From positions 1 to 36,329 of IMG/VR virus record IMGVR_UViG_3300037424_002111: 36,329 bases of DNA; one strand, written 5' to 3'. The translations under genes were made by a program, and so were the position numbers. Origin of the DNA: a virus. Taxonomy: Duplodnaviria; Caudoviricetes. Below, one piece after another: positions 24,277 to 33,192 of this stretch. Position 1 is the stretch's first letter. The number at the start of each line of letters is the position of its first letter. The notes below the pieces were generated by a model, which saw only the letters and a list, made by a program, of their open reading frames with translations, had not been told where the DNA came from and did not search any database.

Positions 24277-24750
24277 TTAGTCCAGGATCGCCGAAGGCGG
24301 CGTCGCCTGCGGGTAGGCTTCTTGGATCACCCACTGAGCCTCGGTGATATTCGCCGCATTTGAGGCGCCGGTGACGGCCGCGACGCAATCGAACCCCGAG
24401 CTCAAGGTTGCGGGCTTGATCTCGAAGATTACGATTTTGTGCTTGACACCGGCATCCGTGGTGTAGTTCGCGGCCGCGGTGCGCTTCACCAGCGTATCGG
24501 TGGCGGCGCAATCCAGGTTTGACCAGATATCGACGAGGCCAGGGCAGACCTGAGCGGCAGTCGGAAGGACGGCGGTCGCTTCGCTGAGGGAGATCGCGAT
24601 GGTCGCGGCGTTCCCCTGGGTGATGTGGAGAACAAGCCAGGCGCGAATCGCGTTCTTCAGGGAGACGTAATCCCCCGTCCGGCCGGCGGCATCGGTCGCG
24701 GGCTCGAGAGCCTCGACGATCTTGCAGTGTTCGGGAAGTTGGAAGTCCAT
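24277..24750 (-). CDS. Capsid cement/decoration-like protein
   Basis: First gene after the capsid gene; GDYVSLKN...FEIKPATL..GFDCV. Confidence 0.65.
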   Translation of the reverse strand: MDFQLPEHCKIVEALEPATDAAGRTGDYVSLKNAIRAWLVLHITQGNAATIAISLSEATAVLPTAAQVCPGLVDIWSNLDCAATDTLVKRTAAANYTTDAGVKHKIVIFEIKPATLSSGFDCVAAVTGASNAANITEAQWVIQEAYPQATPPSAILD

Positions 24751-24818
24751 GATCTTTTCCTCTCTGGGCCGCTCCCCTCAGCGGCCCCGTTAGAGATTCG
24801 GATGAACCCGGGCCCCGA

Positions 24819-26189
24819 TTACGCGCGTTCGGCCAGGGTGATATACGGGCTCAGGGTCGAGCCATGAGCCGGAGTGAGCGCGGCGTTCCAGATCGGCTTC
24901 CCATCGAAGCGATAGGTCAGCCGGAACGCGGTCTCGTCGGTCAGGAACGCGACGTGGATCGAGCTCGCGGATTGCATATCGCCCTTGTCGAGGCACAGGT
25001 ACTGCGAGAAGTCGACGAGCGCGATATCCCCAGCATCCCCGAGGGCCTGGTTGTGCTCGGTGCAGATCACCGGGCGCCCCTTCATGCGGCCGAAGGGCAG
25101 GTCGGCGATTCCGTTGGGCGGCATATAAACCGGCATCCCGCCCAGGCCGACGGTGACGGCCAGGAGATCGAGCTGAGCTTCCACGTCCTGGGTGATGAAC
25201 CAGGCCGCGTCCGGGCGGCTCCGCGCCCACATGCGGGCCCACATCTTCGAGATGTTCGCGGCCACCACGGTATCGGCAACCTGAGCGCCTTCCTTCGCCA
25301 CTTCGATCACGGCTCCGGAAGCCCGAACGCCCAGCGGTTCGTTCACTCCGCCGAGCCCGTTGACGATCGCTTCCTCGACCATCCAGGTAATCTCTTCGGA
25401 GAAGGCCTGGTTATAGATCGAGGTCATGAGCGTCGCGTCCTGCAGGAGCTCATCCGTCGCGTACCCGAGGCAGATGAGTTTCTTCAGCTTGAGCTCGACC
25501 TGTCGGAAGGTCGGCTTCGAGGGCGTGCCAGCGACGCCGGATCCCGCCCAGTAACCGCGCACGCCGCCCCAGCGCGAGCCGGTCGCGCGGGAGGTTTCGT
25601 TGAATGCGTTCAGGGTGAAACCGTTGGAGTTCGCGCCGGCGGTCACCTTCGAGCACCGGCTGAGGATCTGCCCGGTCTCATAGGCGCGAGCCCAGATCCC
25701 GGCGCCGAACGTCGGTTGCAGAAGGAACGCGCCTTCGCTCATGACCTGCTCGTTCGATCCGAGGGCCTTGAGCTGGTTCCCCATCTGCTCGAAGCGCGGG
25801 TCGATCACATGCTGGACGGCGGCGGCGTGGATCGCCTTCAGCTCATCGCCGAGGGAGCGGAAGGGCCCGACCATCTTCGCGAGCTTCTTGTCGGCTTCGC
25901 CCGGGCCGCCCTTTTCCTCTTCGGCCTCTTCCTCGGCCGCGGCCTGGTAGAAGGCGGGCCGCGGGGCCGGGGAGTTCAGGGCTTCGTCCAGGCCATCGGC
26001 GCGCTGGGCGCGCTTGATCTCGGCGAGGGCGGTCTCGCCCTTCGTCAGGAGATCGTCGACGGCTTCCTGCTTCTCGGTCGGGATCTCCTTCCCTTCGAAC
26101 TCCTTGAGGATCGCCTGAGCGTCCTTCTGGAAGCCGGCGGCCTTCTCGCGGAGCCGAACGATCTCGGGATTCTGTTTCTTCTGAGGCAT
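24819..26189 (-). CDS. Major capsid protein, HK97 fold with N-terminal coiled-coil delta domain, 456 aa
   Basis: AAGGAG before ATG 26189; EGAFLLQP, KKL...ATDELLQD, GRPVI.TEH, GDIAL.DFSQY, F.TDETAFR...RFDG.P. Confidence 0.95.
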   Translation of the reverse strand: MPQKKQNPEIVRLREKAAGFQKDAQAILKEFEGKEIPTEKQEAVDDLLTKGETALAEIKRAQRADGLDEALNSPAPRPAFYQAAAEEEAEEEKGGPGEADKKLAKMVGPFRSLGDELKAIHAAAVQHVIDPRFEQMGNQLKALGSNEQVMSEGAFLLQPTFGAGIWARAYETGQILSRCSKVTAGANSNGFTLNAFNETSRATGSRWGGVRGYWAGSGVAGTPSKPTFRQVELKLKKLICLGYATDELLQDATLMTSIYNQAFSEEITWMVEEAIVNGLGGVNEPLGVRASGAVIEVAKEGAQVADTVVAANISKMWARMWARSRPDAAWFITQDVEAQLDLLAVTVGLGGMPVYMPPNGIADLPFGRMKGRPVICTEHNQALGDAGDIALVDFSQYLCLDKGDMQSASSIHVAFLTDETAFRLTYRFDGKPIWNAALTPAHGSTLSPYITLAERA

Positions 26190-26209
26190 GATATTCACTC
26201 CTTTACTGC

Positions 26210-26998
26210 TTAGGTTTGGGAAGCGAGCGCCAGAGCCAACTCGGCGGCTCGCACTCGGCTCATCGCGGTCAGTGCGTAGTGGTCACCCTTTTCTGGGGCC
26301 GGCTCCGCGGCTGCCAATAGAGCCTGAAGAGCTTCGGAAGCGGCGATAAGAGCATCGACCGCGTTGCGAACTTTTTCCTTATTGGCCGTGCTCAGCACGC
26401 GCCCTTCCTTCAGATCCGCGGCGATCAAGAGAAGGGTCTCGGTTTGGGTCTCGATCGAGGCCCCCGGTACCGCCGCCTTATACATGGAGATCATCGCCGC
26501 CTTCACCGCGCGCACCTGCGTGAGCGCGTTCATTCCCAGCGGGACGAACGAATATTCGAATAGCTTGATCTCCCAGATATCGCGGAGAATCAACCCCTCC
26601 GCATCGGATCGGCGCTCGGCTTTTATCGTCTCGTATCCGATGGATCCCTCGGTCAGAGCGCCATCGGAGAGAAGGGCCCAGGTCTCGCGGCCCCAGAAGG
26701 CGCCGGTCGTCAGCTTTCCGGCAACGAACAGGCCGTGCGTATCCTCAAGGATCTTCGCTGGAGGAGGCCCGACCAATTTTTCCCAGTCATGCAGGTAGAA
26801 GGGATGGATCCGGCCGGCACGTTCCGAGATCGTTTTCTTGAACGCGCCGTGGTGAATGGTATCCCCGCCGTCGTCCTGGTTCTCGGTGACGGAGAAGTAC
26901 CCCTCATACTTCCCTTCCTCGCTGAGGGCTTTTACCTCAAGGGGCATCACCTTATATTCCATAAGGCCGTTGGCCGGGGCGTCAAATATGTTCGGCAT
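26210..26998 (-). CDS. Prohead maturation protease (HK97/S78 family), 262 aa
   Basis: EGYFSV...D.GGD.I..GAF, LHD, GSIGY, LFEYSFVPLGMN. Confidence 0.93.
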   Translation of the reverse strand: MPNIFDAPANGLMEYKVMPLEVKALSEEGKYEGYFSVTENQDDGGDTIHHGAFKKTISERAGRIHPFYLHDWEKLVGPPPAKILEDTHGLFVAGKLTTGAFWGRETWALLSDGALTEGSIGYETIKAERRSDAEGLILRDIWEIKLFEYSFVPLGMNALTQVRAVKAAMISMYKAAVPGASIETQTETLLLIAADLKEGRVLSTANKEKVRNAVDALIAASEALQALLAAAEPAPEKGDHYALTAMSRVRAAELALALASQT

Positions 26999-27344
26999 CT
27001 TCCCCCCCCTTCTTTTCGAGCTTTTCCACAACCGAAGCCGCGGCCTTCTCAACATCTCGAACCTTCAGGGCCGCGCGGATCTCGTCGACGGTTCGCTTGG
27101 AATCCATCGCCATCTGAAACGAGAGCATGGTCTCGTAGAGCTGGGCGTAGATAACGGCGATAATCTTCCGCTTGTCGTCCCTGTTCTTGTGCATCTCGAG
27201 CGCCTGGCGGAAAGCGTTCGCGACGTGGTTGGCCGATCGCTTCGAGAGCTCGGTCATCGCGAGCTCGATCCGATCGACCTGGGTATCGGTCAGGTGTTGA
27301 TCTTCCTGAGCCGGCGGTTGAGAGAGCGGTTTGAACTTTGGCAT
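26982..27344 (-). CDS. Hypothetical helical protein between portal and protease (120 aa)
   Basis: GGAGG before ATG 27344; fills the gap between the neighbouring genes. Confidence 0.7.
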   Translation of the reverse strand: MPKFKPLSQPPAQEDQHLTDTQVDRIELAMTELSKRSANHVANAFRQALEMHKNRDDKRKIIAVIYAQLYETMLSFQMAMDSKRTVDEIRAALKVRDVEKAAASVVEKLEKKGGEDAEHI

Positions 27345-27346
27345 GG

Positions 27347-29368
27347 TCAAGCCTCCACAATGGGGGCGTAGCTCCGCACGCACTTCGGGTGCTGGAGGGG
27401 CTGCGCCTCAGCTTTCGCGATCGGCCAGATCTGGCCGTATAGCGGGATGCACTCTTCGCACGAGTTCGGCCCATCGCCGTCCAGGACGAACACTTCCTTC
27501 ACCCCAGCGGCGGTATAGCGCCCGAGGCTCGTCATATTCTGGGCCGTGCCCAGCTCTGTCCGGGCGATATTCTCAGCCCGGCCCTCATACGTTTCCTCAA
27601 CGATGTCGCGGAGCCCCCGGATATCGAAGTCGGCGTCACCGCGAACGATCTGGTCAATACTCCACCCTCGATCATACCCCTCGCTCAGAGCGGTGCGGAT
27701 CTTCTCGAGGGTCTTGTCGGAAATGTCCTGAACATCCTCGCCGATCCACTTGAGGGCCGCCACGCAAGCCGGATCGTTGAGATCGAATACCTTCGTGATC
27801 CCGAGCACCGAGTTCCAGGCTTCCCACGAAACCTTGAGGAGGTTCACCGTCTGGCGCTTCGAGATCGCGGCCAGCTCGGCCACATCCTTCGGGGTGATCG
27901 GCGGCTCGCCCGCCTTCGATGACTTCGCCCCGCGCTCAACCCGCTCAACCACCCGGGCCCCGAGCGCCTGGAAGTAGGCCTCATACTCCGGTACCGCCTT
28001 GCGGATCGCCACCTCGCGGAAGGCCTTCAGCGCGGCGCCGAGGGCTTTCGCATTCTGGACGGCCTTCGTCTCGTAGGGAGCCCTGGCCTTCGGCTTCTCC
28101 TTCGGCTGTTTCACACCGGGGATCTGAGCCTGGACTTCCTGCATGGCGAGCCCGCGGAGGTAGATATTCCCGCCATCATCCGCCGGGAGCCCGCACGCAG
28201 CGCGGTACTCATTCACCAGCCAGGCGCCGGCGGTCAGGCCCTTCAGCGCCATCTCGCGTTTTTGCTCGACGAGGAAGGAGAGGCTCGCCACCTGGCTGAT
28301 ATCGAAGCCGATTATCACATCGGGGTCGTCGGTGAACTCGTATACCAGCCCCTCGGTTATCTCATCCGAGTCGTTCGCCCACATCGGAACGCAGGTGTTC
28401 GCCGAAAAGCTCTTCCGCGCCTCTTCGTAATTGTTGAAAGTCGAGGCGTCCATCCCCACGTTGAGCCCGATCAACATCGGCGATACCCGGAAGGCCGCGC
28501 AGATCCGCGCCTCGGGGATCGCCCGGAGCGCCTTCGTCTCCATCTCCCGAAGATCCAGGGAGAGCCGCTTTATATCCATCCCCCCCTCCATGAGGAGGAG
28601 CTTTCCCTTATTCCGGCCGCCGATCTTTTCCGCCGTCTCTTCCTTCAGCCGCTTCCGCTGTTCGTCACTCAGCTCAGGAGCGCCAGCCGGGATGACGAGC
28701 GCGTTCCGCGGCATACAGTCGTTCTTCAGAAGATCGAAGACCATCCGCGTTGCTTCATTGTCGGTGTCGATCTCGCGGAGGCACGATTGCATGGGGCCCA
28801 GCCCGCGCCAGGGGTAAAGCGGATCCGGCATCCACTTTAGGTGGATGATATCGTCCTCCGGCACCGGCTCCGGCTGGCCGTTGGGCCCCGTGAACTCATA
28901 CCGCTCGGTCAGGCGATCGGTTCCTCCGATCGGGCGGATCTGCGCGTCGCTGAGCGGCCAGAGCTCCACCACCCGCCCGCTCGAGGAGCGGCTCTTCCAG
29001 AGATAGCAACTCCCAGAGACCGACTTGAAAAGGGAGATGTAGGCTCGAAGCGCGCGCCCGCTGAGCTGTTCGTTCGGCCGCTGAAGGAGCTTCGTAATCG
29101 GCGAGGATGGAAGCGGGATACTCCCAGCCGGCGCTCTCTTCATCGCCACAAGCGGGGGCTCAGGATAGGCGAAGAGGTGCTCCGTCACGCACGGCGCGAC
29201 CGCGCCGTTGGAGCGGACGCCTTCGATGGCGAGGTTTCGGTATGTCGGGGAAGAGAATACTCCGCGCTCGAACGGGTATGTGAGGACGATCTCATACTCG
29301 CGCGCTGGCTTCGGATCTGGCTTCTTCGTTCTAAAAATATCGAGAACCTGGTCTCTTATCCCAGCCAC
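27347..29368 (-). CDS. Portal protein fused to a C-terminal MuF (Mu gpF/SPP1 gp7-like) domain, 673 aa
   Basis: Portal: LLQRPN, VELWPL, IIHLK..DP...RGLGP, ICAAFRVSP.LIG, VNEYR...GLP. MuF: RAENIARTE...CEEC.PL.G...P.QHPKC. Confidence 0.92.
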   Translation of the reverse strand: MAGIRDQVLDIFRTKKPDPKPAREYEIVLTYPFERGVFSSPTYRNLAIEGVRSNGAVAPCVTEHLFAYPEPPLVAMKRAPAGSIPLPSSPITKLLQRPNEQLSGRALRAYISLFKSVSGSCYLWKSRSSSGRVVELWPLSDAQIRPIGGTDRLTERYEFTGPNGQPEPVPEDDIIHLKWMPDPLYPWRGLGPMQSCLREIDTDNEATRMVFDLLKNDCMPRNALVIPAGAPELSDEQRKRLKEETAEKIGGRNKGKLLLMEGGMDIKRLSLDLREMETKALRAIPEARICAAFRVSPMLIGLNVGMDASTFNNYEEARKSFSANTCVPMWANDSDEITEGLVYEFTDDPDVIIGFDISQVASLSFLVEQKREMALKGLTAGAWLVNEYRAACGLPADDGGNIYLRGLAMQEVQAQIPGVKQPKEKPKARAPYETKAVQNAKALGAALKAFREVAIRKAVPEYEAYFQALGARVVERVERGAKSSKAGEPPITPKDVAELAAISKRQTVNLLKVSWEAWNSVLGITKVFDLNDPACVAALKWIGEDVQDISDKTLEKIRTALSEGYDRGWSIDQIVRGDADFDIRGLRDIVEETYEGRAENIARTELGTAQNMTSLGRYTAAGVKEVFVLDGDGPNSCEECIPLYGQIWPIAKAEAQPLQHPKCVRSYAPIVEA

Positions 29369-30723
29369 GTCGCTCGCACCTCCTGCTCCTCGTCTGTCAG
29401 CTCATCGAACGCTCCGCTTCCCGCGTCGGCTTCGTCGTCGTGCTGGGTGGGCTTTCCTTCCTGGGAGTGCATGTGGGCGAGCCACCGCTCGTTCCAATCC
29501 CCCCGGAGGAGTTTCACGTTCCCGGCCTCAGCCTGGGCGGCGAACGGTTTCCACCTCAATAATTTATCACCTTTCGGTGCTCTTCCGCAAGCGTCAAACC
29601 CGGCGAGGTTTTTCGCGATGTGCTGGCTGTCCCTTTTTCCGCTCGCTCCGCCCTCTTCCTCCCAGCGCGCGCGCACTACTTTTCCGTCCTGGATGGCGGA
29701 ATTTTTCATGTTCGCGTCCGTCCGCGCGGGCGAGATCCGCTCGGCTGTAGCTTCCAGGATGTAATAAACGCCCTCCACTTTTTTCATAAGACAGGAGGCG
29801 GTAAAGTCCGGATCATTCCCGGCCTTCTTCACGGTGGCCGCGAGATCCCAGAAGCGAACCATCTTCCCGCCGGCGGGAATTGCGTCGACGATCTCATACC
29901 AGGCGCGGTTGAATATCTTCCCGGCCGCCGGCGCGATCTTCCAGTTTCCGCCCTTTACGGCATCGCCCAGGAGCCGCTCGCGCTCGACCAGATCGAGCGC
30001 CTGGAGCTTCGCCAGATAATCCGGATCCTTCTGCATGAGAATCGGGTTGTCGTAAAGCGTGGAGAGGACAAAAGTAACGGAAAGCGGGGTGCTCCTGGGG
30101 TGCTCAGCCTGGAGCTTCTCCCGATCATCCTCCCAGAATACGCGGCCTCCCTCGCGCACCATCCAGCGGATCTTCCCGCTCCGCTCAGGGATGGCGAAGC
30201 CGTCCTCCCCGATCCACCAGGCCAGGAAGTCGGCCAGCCACCCCGGCTGGGGGTTAGCGCTGGCCCGGATGTAAGGCCGGATCCCGCAAGTGGAGCGGTT
30301 GCGGGAGAGCATATACCAGAACTGAGAAGCCTCGAAGGTCTCGAGCTGGTCGAACTCGATGAGGGGGATCTGAGAGCTCTTCCAGGTCTCTACATCGGCT
30401 TCTCGCTGAAGATGGGAGAAGGTAACGGTAGCGCCAGTGGGGAAGGTATAAGCGTGGATCGGCGAGCTGGTCGCGATGGCGTTGAGGAGGGGATATATCT
30501 CCCGCGCTTCCACCCAGGCCCCGCCGGGTCGGGTCAGCTCGGGGGTCGTGCGCCGGAATATGGCCGCGCTGAAGCGCGGGTTCTTTATATGCCGAAGGGG
30601 CTCAACGAGGAGGGCCCAGGTCTTCCCCCCCCCGGCGGCGCCTCCGATAATCGCGATGTCGGCCGGCGAAGCGAGATACGTCTCCTGGCGGGGTTGGGGC
30701 TTAATCTTCCTCTTGTCGCTCAT
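29356..30723 (-). CDS. terL: Terminase large subunit, 455 aa
   Basis: Walker A GGAAGGGKT; Walker B LIEFDQL; ASANP coupling motif; nuclease motifs RFWDLA and HDDEADA. Confidence 0.95.
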   Translation of the reverse strand: MSDKRKIKPQPRQETYLASPADIAIIGGAAGGGKTWALLVEPLRHIKNPRFSAAIFRRTTPELTRPGGAWVEAREIYPLLNAIATSSPIHAYTFPTGATVTFSHLQREADVETWKSSQIPLIEFDQLETFEASQFWYMLSRNRSTCGIRPYIRASANPQPGWLADFLAWWIGEDGFAIPERSGKIRWMVREGGRVFWEDDREKLQAEHPRSTPLSVTFVLSTLYDNPILMQKDPDYLAKLQALDLVERERLLGDAVKGGNWKIAPAAGKIFNRAWYEIVDAIPAGGKMVRFWDLAATVKKAGNDPDFTASCLMKKVEGVYYILEATAERISPARTDANMKNSAIQDGKVVRARWEEEGGASGKRDSQHIAKNLAGFDACGRAPKGDKLLRWKPFAAQAEAGNVKLLRGDWNERWLAHMHSQEGKPTQHDDEADAGSGAFDELTDEEQEVRATWLG

Positions 30724-31189
30724 CGCGGCCGTTCTGAGGGAGGTAGAGTAGAACCGCAGCGCCCAGGGGCCCGCCCCCGTCACCCGTGCCCCCGCCCAGG
30801 GCCGGAAGCTCAGCCTCGCGCTCGATCTTTATCCCTTCCTTTATCGCGCGGATCGCGGTCTCGGGGTCTTTGATCGCCTTCTTGTACTTTGTGAAGCACT
30901 CCGTCCCCTGTAACTGGAGGCCTCGCCCATAATTCGCGTGCCGAGTGAACATCCCGGCTTTTTCGGCCACCGCCTTGTCGGCCATCTTCTGGCGGACGCG
31001 CTCATTCCGCACCGCGGCGCGCTCCCACCACTCGAAGCGCTCGGCCCACTGGTAAAGGGAGCGCTCAGAGACGCCCAGCTTCGGCGTGATTATCTGAGAC
31101 GCTTTGTGAAAATCGCAGTCGTTGGCGTACCAGATCTCGAAAGCCCGGAGATGGTCTGGTTTCTCGCCCTTCTTGAACTTTGGCTTCAC
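30701..31189 (-). CDS. terS: Terminase small subunit (HTH), 162 aa
   Basis: GTG 31189 (GTGA overlap, GAGGTGG SD); LGVSERSLYQWAERFEW.ER HTH; directly upstream of terL. Confidence 0.78.
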   Translation of the reverse strand: MKPKFKKGEKPDHLRAFEIWYANDCDFHKASQIITPKLGVSERSLYQWAERFEWWERAAVRNERVRQKMADKAVAEKAGMFTRHANYGRGLQLQGTECFTKYKKAIKDPETAIRAIKEGIKIEREAELPALGGGTGDGGGPLGAAVLLYLPQNGRDERQEED

Positions 31190-31986
31190 GTTTCCACCTC
31201 GATTACCTGACCCGATTGGTCGGAATTGAGCGGACGGGTAGGACTTGCGCCTCCAGTTTCCCGGTTGGGGCCGGGCGCGTAATCTGTTTCGCCTCGTCCG
31301 CAAGCTCTCCGCACCCCCTTATACATCGCCGCCCCCCTGGCCTGGATCTCGGAGAAGGGGATCTCGGCCACTTTCAGCCTGGCCCGATAGGCCGGGTCAA
31401 GGAAGTAGATATACCGGAGCTGGAAGCCGATCAAGCGCTGGGCCCCGAGCTCCTTCACCACCTGAGAGAACTTTTTCCCCCCGAAGCGATCGGCCACCTT
31501 CTTCATCACCGCCGGCTTCATATTCATACTATGGGTGATAGTGCCATCCGGGAGAACCCAGAGATCCCGGTTCACCTTTATATCGGTCAGGATGAAGCCG
31601 GAAGCCCGGTAGATTGTGCCATCCCCGCACTGAGTGCCATCCGCGAAGGAAACTACCCACTTTATCCATGGCGCGTTCCTTCGGATTATCCGGAAGCAAA
31701 CCGCCAGGGCGCGGCTCTCGGAGTTCCGCGGGAGCGCTTCATCGAACGCCAGGCGGTTCAGCTCGAGAAACTCGTTCCACTTCGATCCCTCCACCAGGCC
31801 CAGCATCTTCCGTTTGTCCAGGGAGGGGCCGAACTGCAGCGCGCCGTGGAGGCGGTTCATCCAGAATACTCCGAAGTGGAGCTGGCTGTTCCGAACCACC
31901 CGCTTCGAGTAATGGTTGGCCCGGATGAAGTCGTTGGCCACATCGGCCTGGATGGTTTTTACAACCAATTCCTTCACGTCATCCAC
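31186..31986 (-). CDS. Mom-like (GNAT-fold) DNA modification protein, 266 aa
   Basis: FIRANHYS, LELNRL, PRNSESRAL and VVSFADGTQCGDGTIYRASGF match phage Mu Mom family motifs. Confidence 0.85.
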   Translation of the reverse strand: MDDVKELVVKTIQADVANDFIRANHYSKRVVRNSQLHFGVFWMNRLHGALQFGPSLDKRKMLGLVEGSKWNEFLELNRLAFDEALPRNSESRALAVCFRIIRRNAPWIKWVVSFADGTQCGDGTIYRASGFILTDIKVNRDLWVLPDGTITHSMNMKPAVMKKVADRFGGKKFSQVVKELGAQRLIGFQLRYIYFLDPAYRARLKVAEIPFSEIQARGAAMYKGVRRACGRGETDYAPGPNRETGGASPTRPLNSDQSGQVIEVET

Positions 31987-32642
31987 TGAGAAACTCCTCG
32001 CAGATCCGAGCGATCGCGTTCCCGTTTGGGTTCTGGTTCTCCTTCAGATCATACGCCCCCTGGCCGCTGGCCTTCTCGACCGCTCGCTTTACGATCTCCG
32101 CCTGGGCGTCGCTGACCAGGAAAGTCATCTGTTGGAAGCGCGCTCGATCCGCCTGGGAGAGCTTTCCGAACGCTTCGTCCTCGTCTACGGCGGAATTCAT
32201 CTCTCCCATCGCGGCCGCATCCACGCGCCACTCCTTGAAACGATCGCCATCCATGCCCCAGACCTTCAGCTTCCCCGGATCCCACTCGTTCGCCAGGACA
32301 TCCCAGTCCCACTCTCCGGCGCCGAGGTTCGCGACTATGTTGGCCATCGGCCGCTGTTTCCTTATTCCACCGCACCTGGCGGTATCCAAACTTTTTACCA
32401 TGCCAGACGATGTATCCCCAGGCGACCGTTCCCTGAGCGTCCGGCTTCTCGAGCTGCTCGATGATCACCACCTCGCTCTTCTCCTCGAAGATCCTCATCC
32501 GCTGGTTCCCGCCAACGAACTCGTCGGTCTCGAGATTATGAACGATCCCGGAGAGATCCCCGAAGCGCTTGAGGGTATCCTCCAGGCGGGCGAGGCGAGC
32601 TTTCGTTATTCTACGGGGGTTGGATGCGAAGGGCTTGGGCAT
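31979..32642 (-). pseudogene. ParB/Srx-like N-terminal domain protein split by an apparent 1-nt frameshift near 32348
   Basis: Frame 1 reads NPRRI...L.RFGDLSGIVHN....VGGNQR...WNKETAA; frame 2 continues MANIVANLGAGEWDWDVLANEW. Removing one base gives a 220-aa ParB-like ORF. Confidence 0.7.
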
Positions 32643-32648
32643 ATTCGG

Positions 32649-32761
32649 AGTATACACCAGCCCCAAAACGCGAGCGCCGCCCGGGATCCCTGAGCGGCGC
32701 TCTAAAAAAAAATGGGTTTTTTATCTGAAGAGATTATACACCCGCCGTCAATCGTGGTCGA
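32649..32761 (-). promoter_or_regulatory. Putative late-operon promoter region with two -10 elements and an intervening hairpin
   Basis: GGTGTATAAT (32742-32733, with TCGACC 17 nt upstream of TATAAT); GGTGTATACT (32658-32649); hairpin GAGCGCCGC...GCGGCGCTC (32672-32702). Confidence 0.6.
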
Positions 32762-33191
32762 TCTGGCCTCCGAGGAGCTCCGCGAGCCTGGCGGCCGCCG
32801 ATTGCATTATGGTCTCCCCGACGAAGTATCGGTGGCCTCCGTAGAACCTTTCCAGATCGCCCTCCTCATTATGGCGGCTATTCTCGAGATCCTGGGTGAT
32901 CCCTTCGATCGGCGCGTCGCACAAGAGCGCGCCTCCCACGTTGAAGAACTTCAGCGGCTCGGCGGCTTTCCCGCGCGCGGGAACCGCTGGCGGATCGGGC
33001 CACTCGCCGGTGAGAGCTCCTCCGGGAGCATTCCACCGGGCTTGCGTCTCTCTCCAGACCTCCGGCCACCCCGCCTTGAGTATCTCGATGTTCTCGGAAT
33101 CGGCCCTCATCATCGCCGCCATAATGAGAGCATAGAACGGGGTGTCGGAATTTTTTAGCTCGACGGCGATCTGGTAGTCGATCCTGGTCAT
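32748..33191 (-). CDS. Hypothetical protein (147 aa)
   Basis: Tightly packed in the operon, with GAGGAG SD. Confidence 0.75.
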   Translation of the reverse strand: MTRIDYQIAVELKNSDTPFYALIMAAMMRADSENIEILKAGWPEVWRETQARWNAPGGALTGEWPDPPAVPARGKAAEPLKFFNVGGALLCDAPIEGITQDLENSRHNEEGDLERFYGGHRYFVGETIMQSAAARLAELLGGQIDHD

Positions 33192-33192
33192 C

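Noticed and set aside
24864-26213. Long antisense ORFs (also 527-1477, 18182-19354, 23311-24363, 29620-30873)
   Set aside because: These are shadow frames of GC-rich genes, with no motifs or SD, unlike the same-strand nested ORF at 4910.
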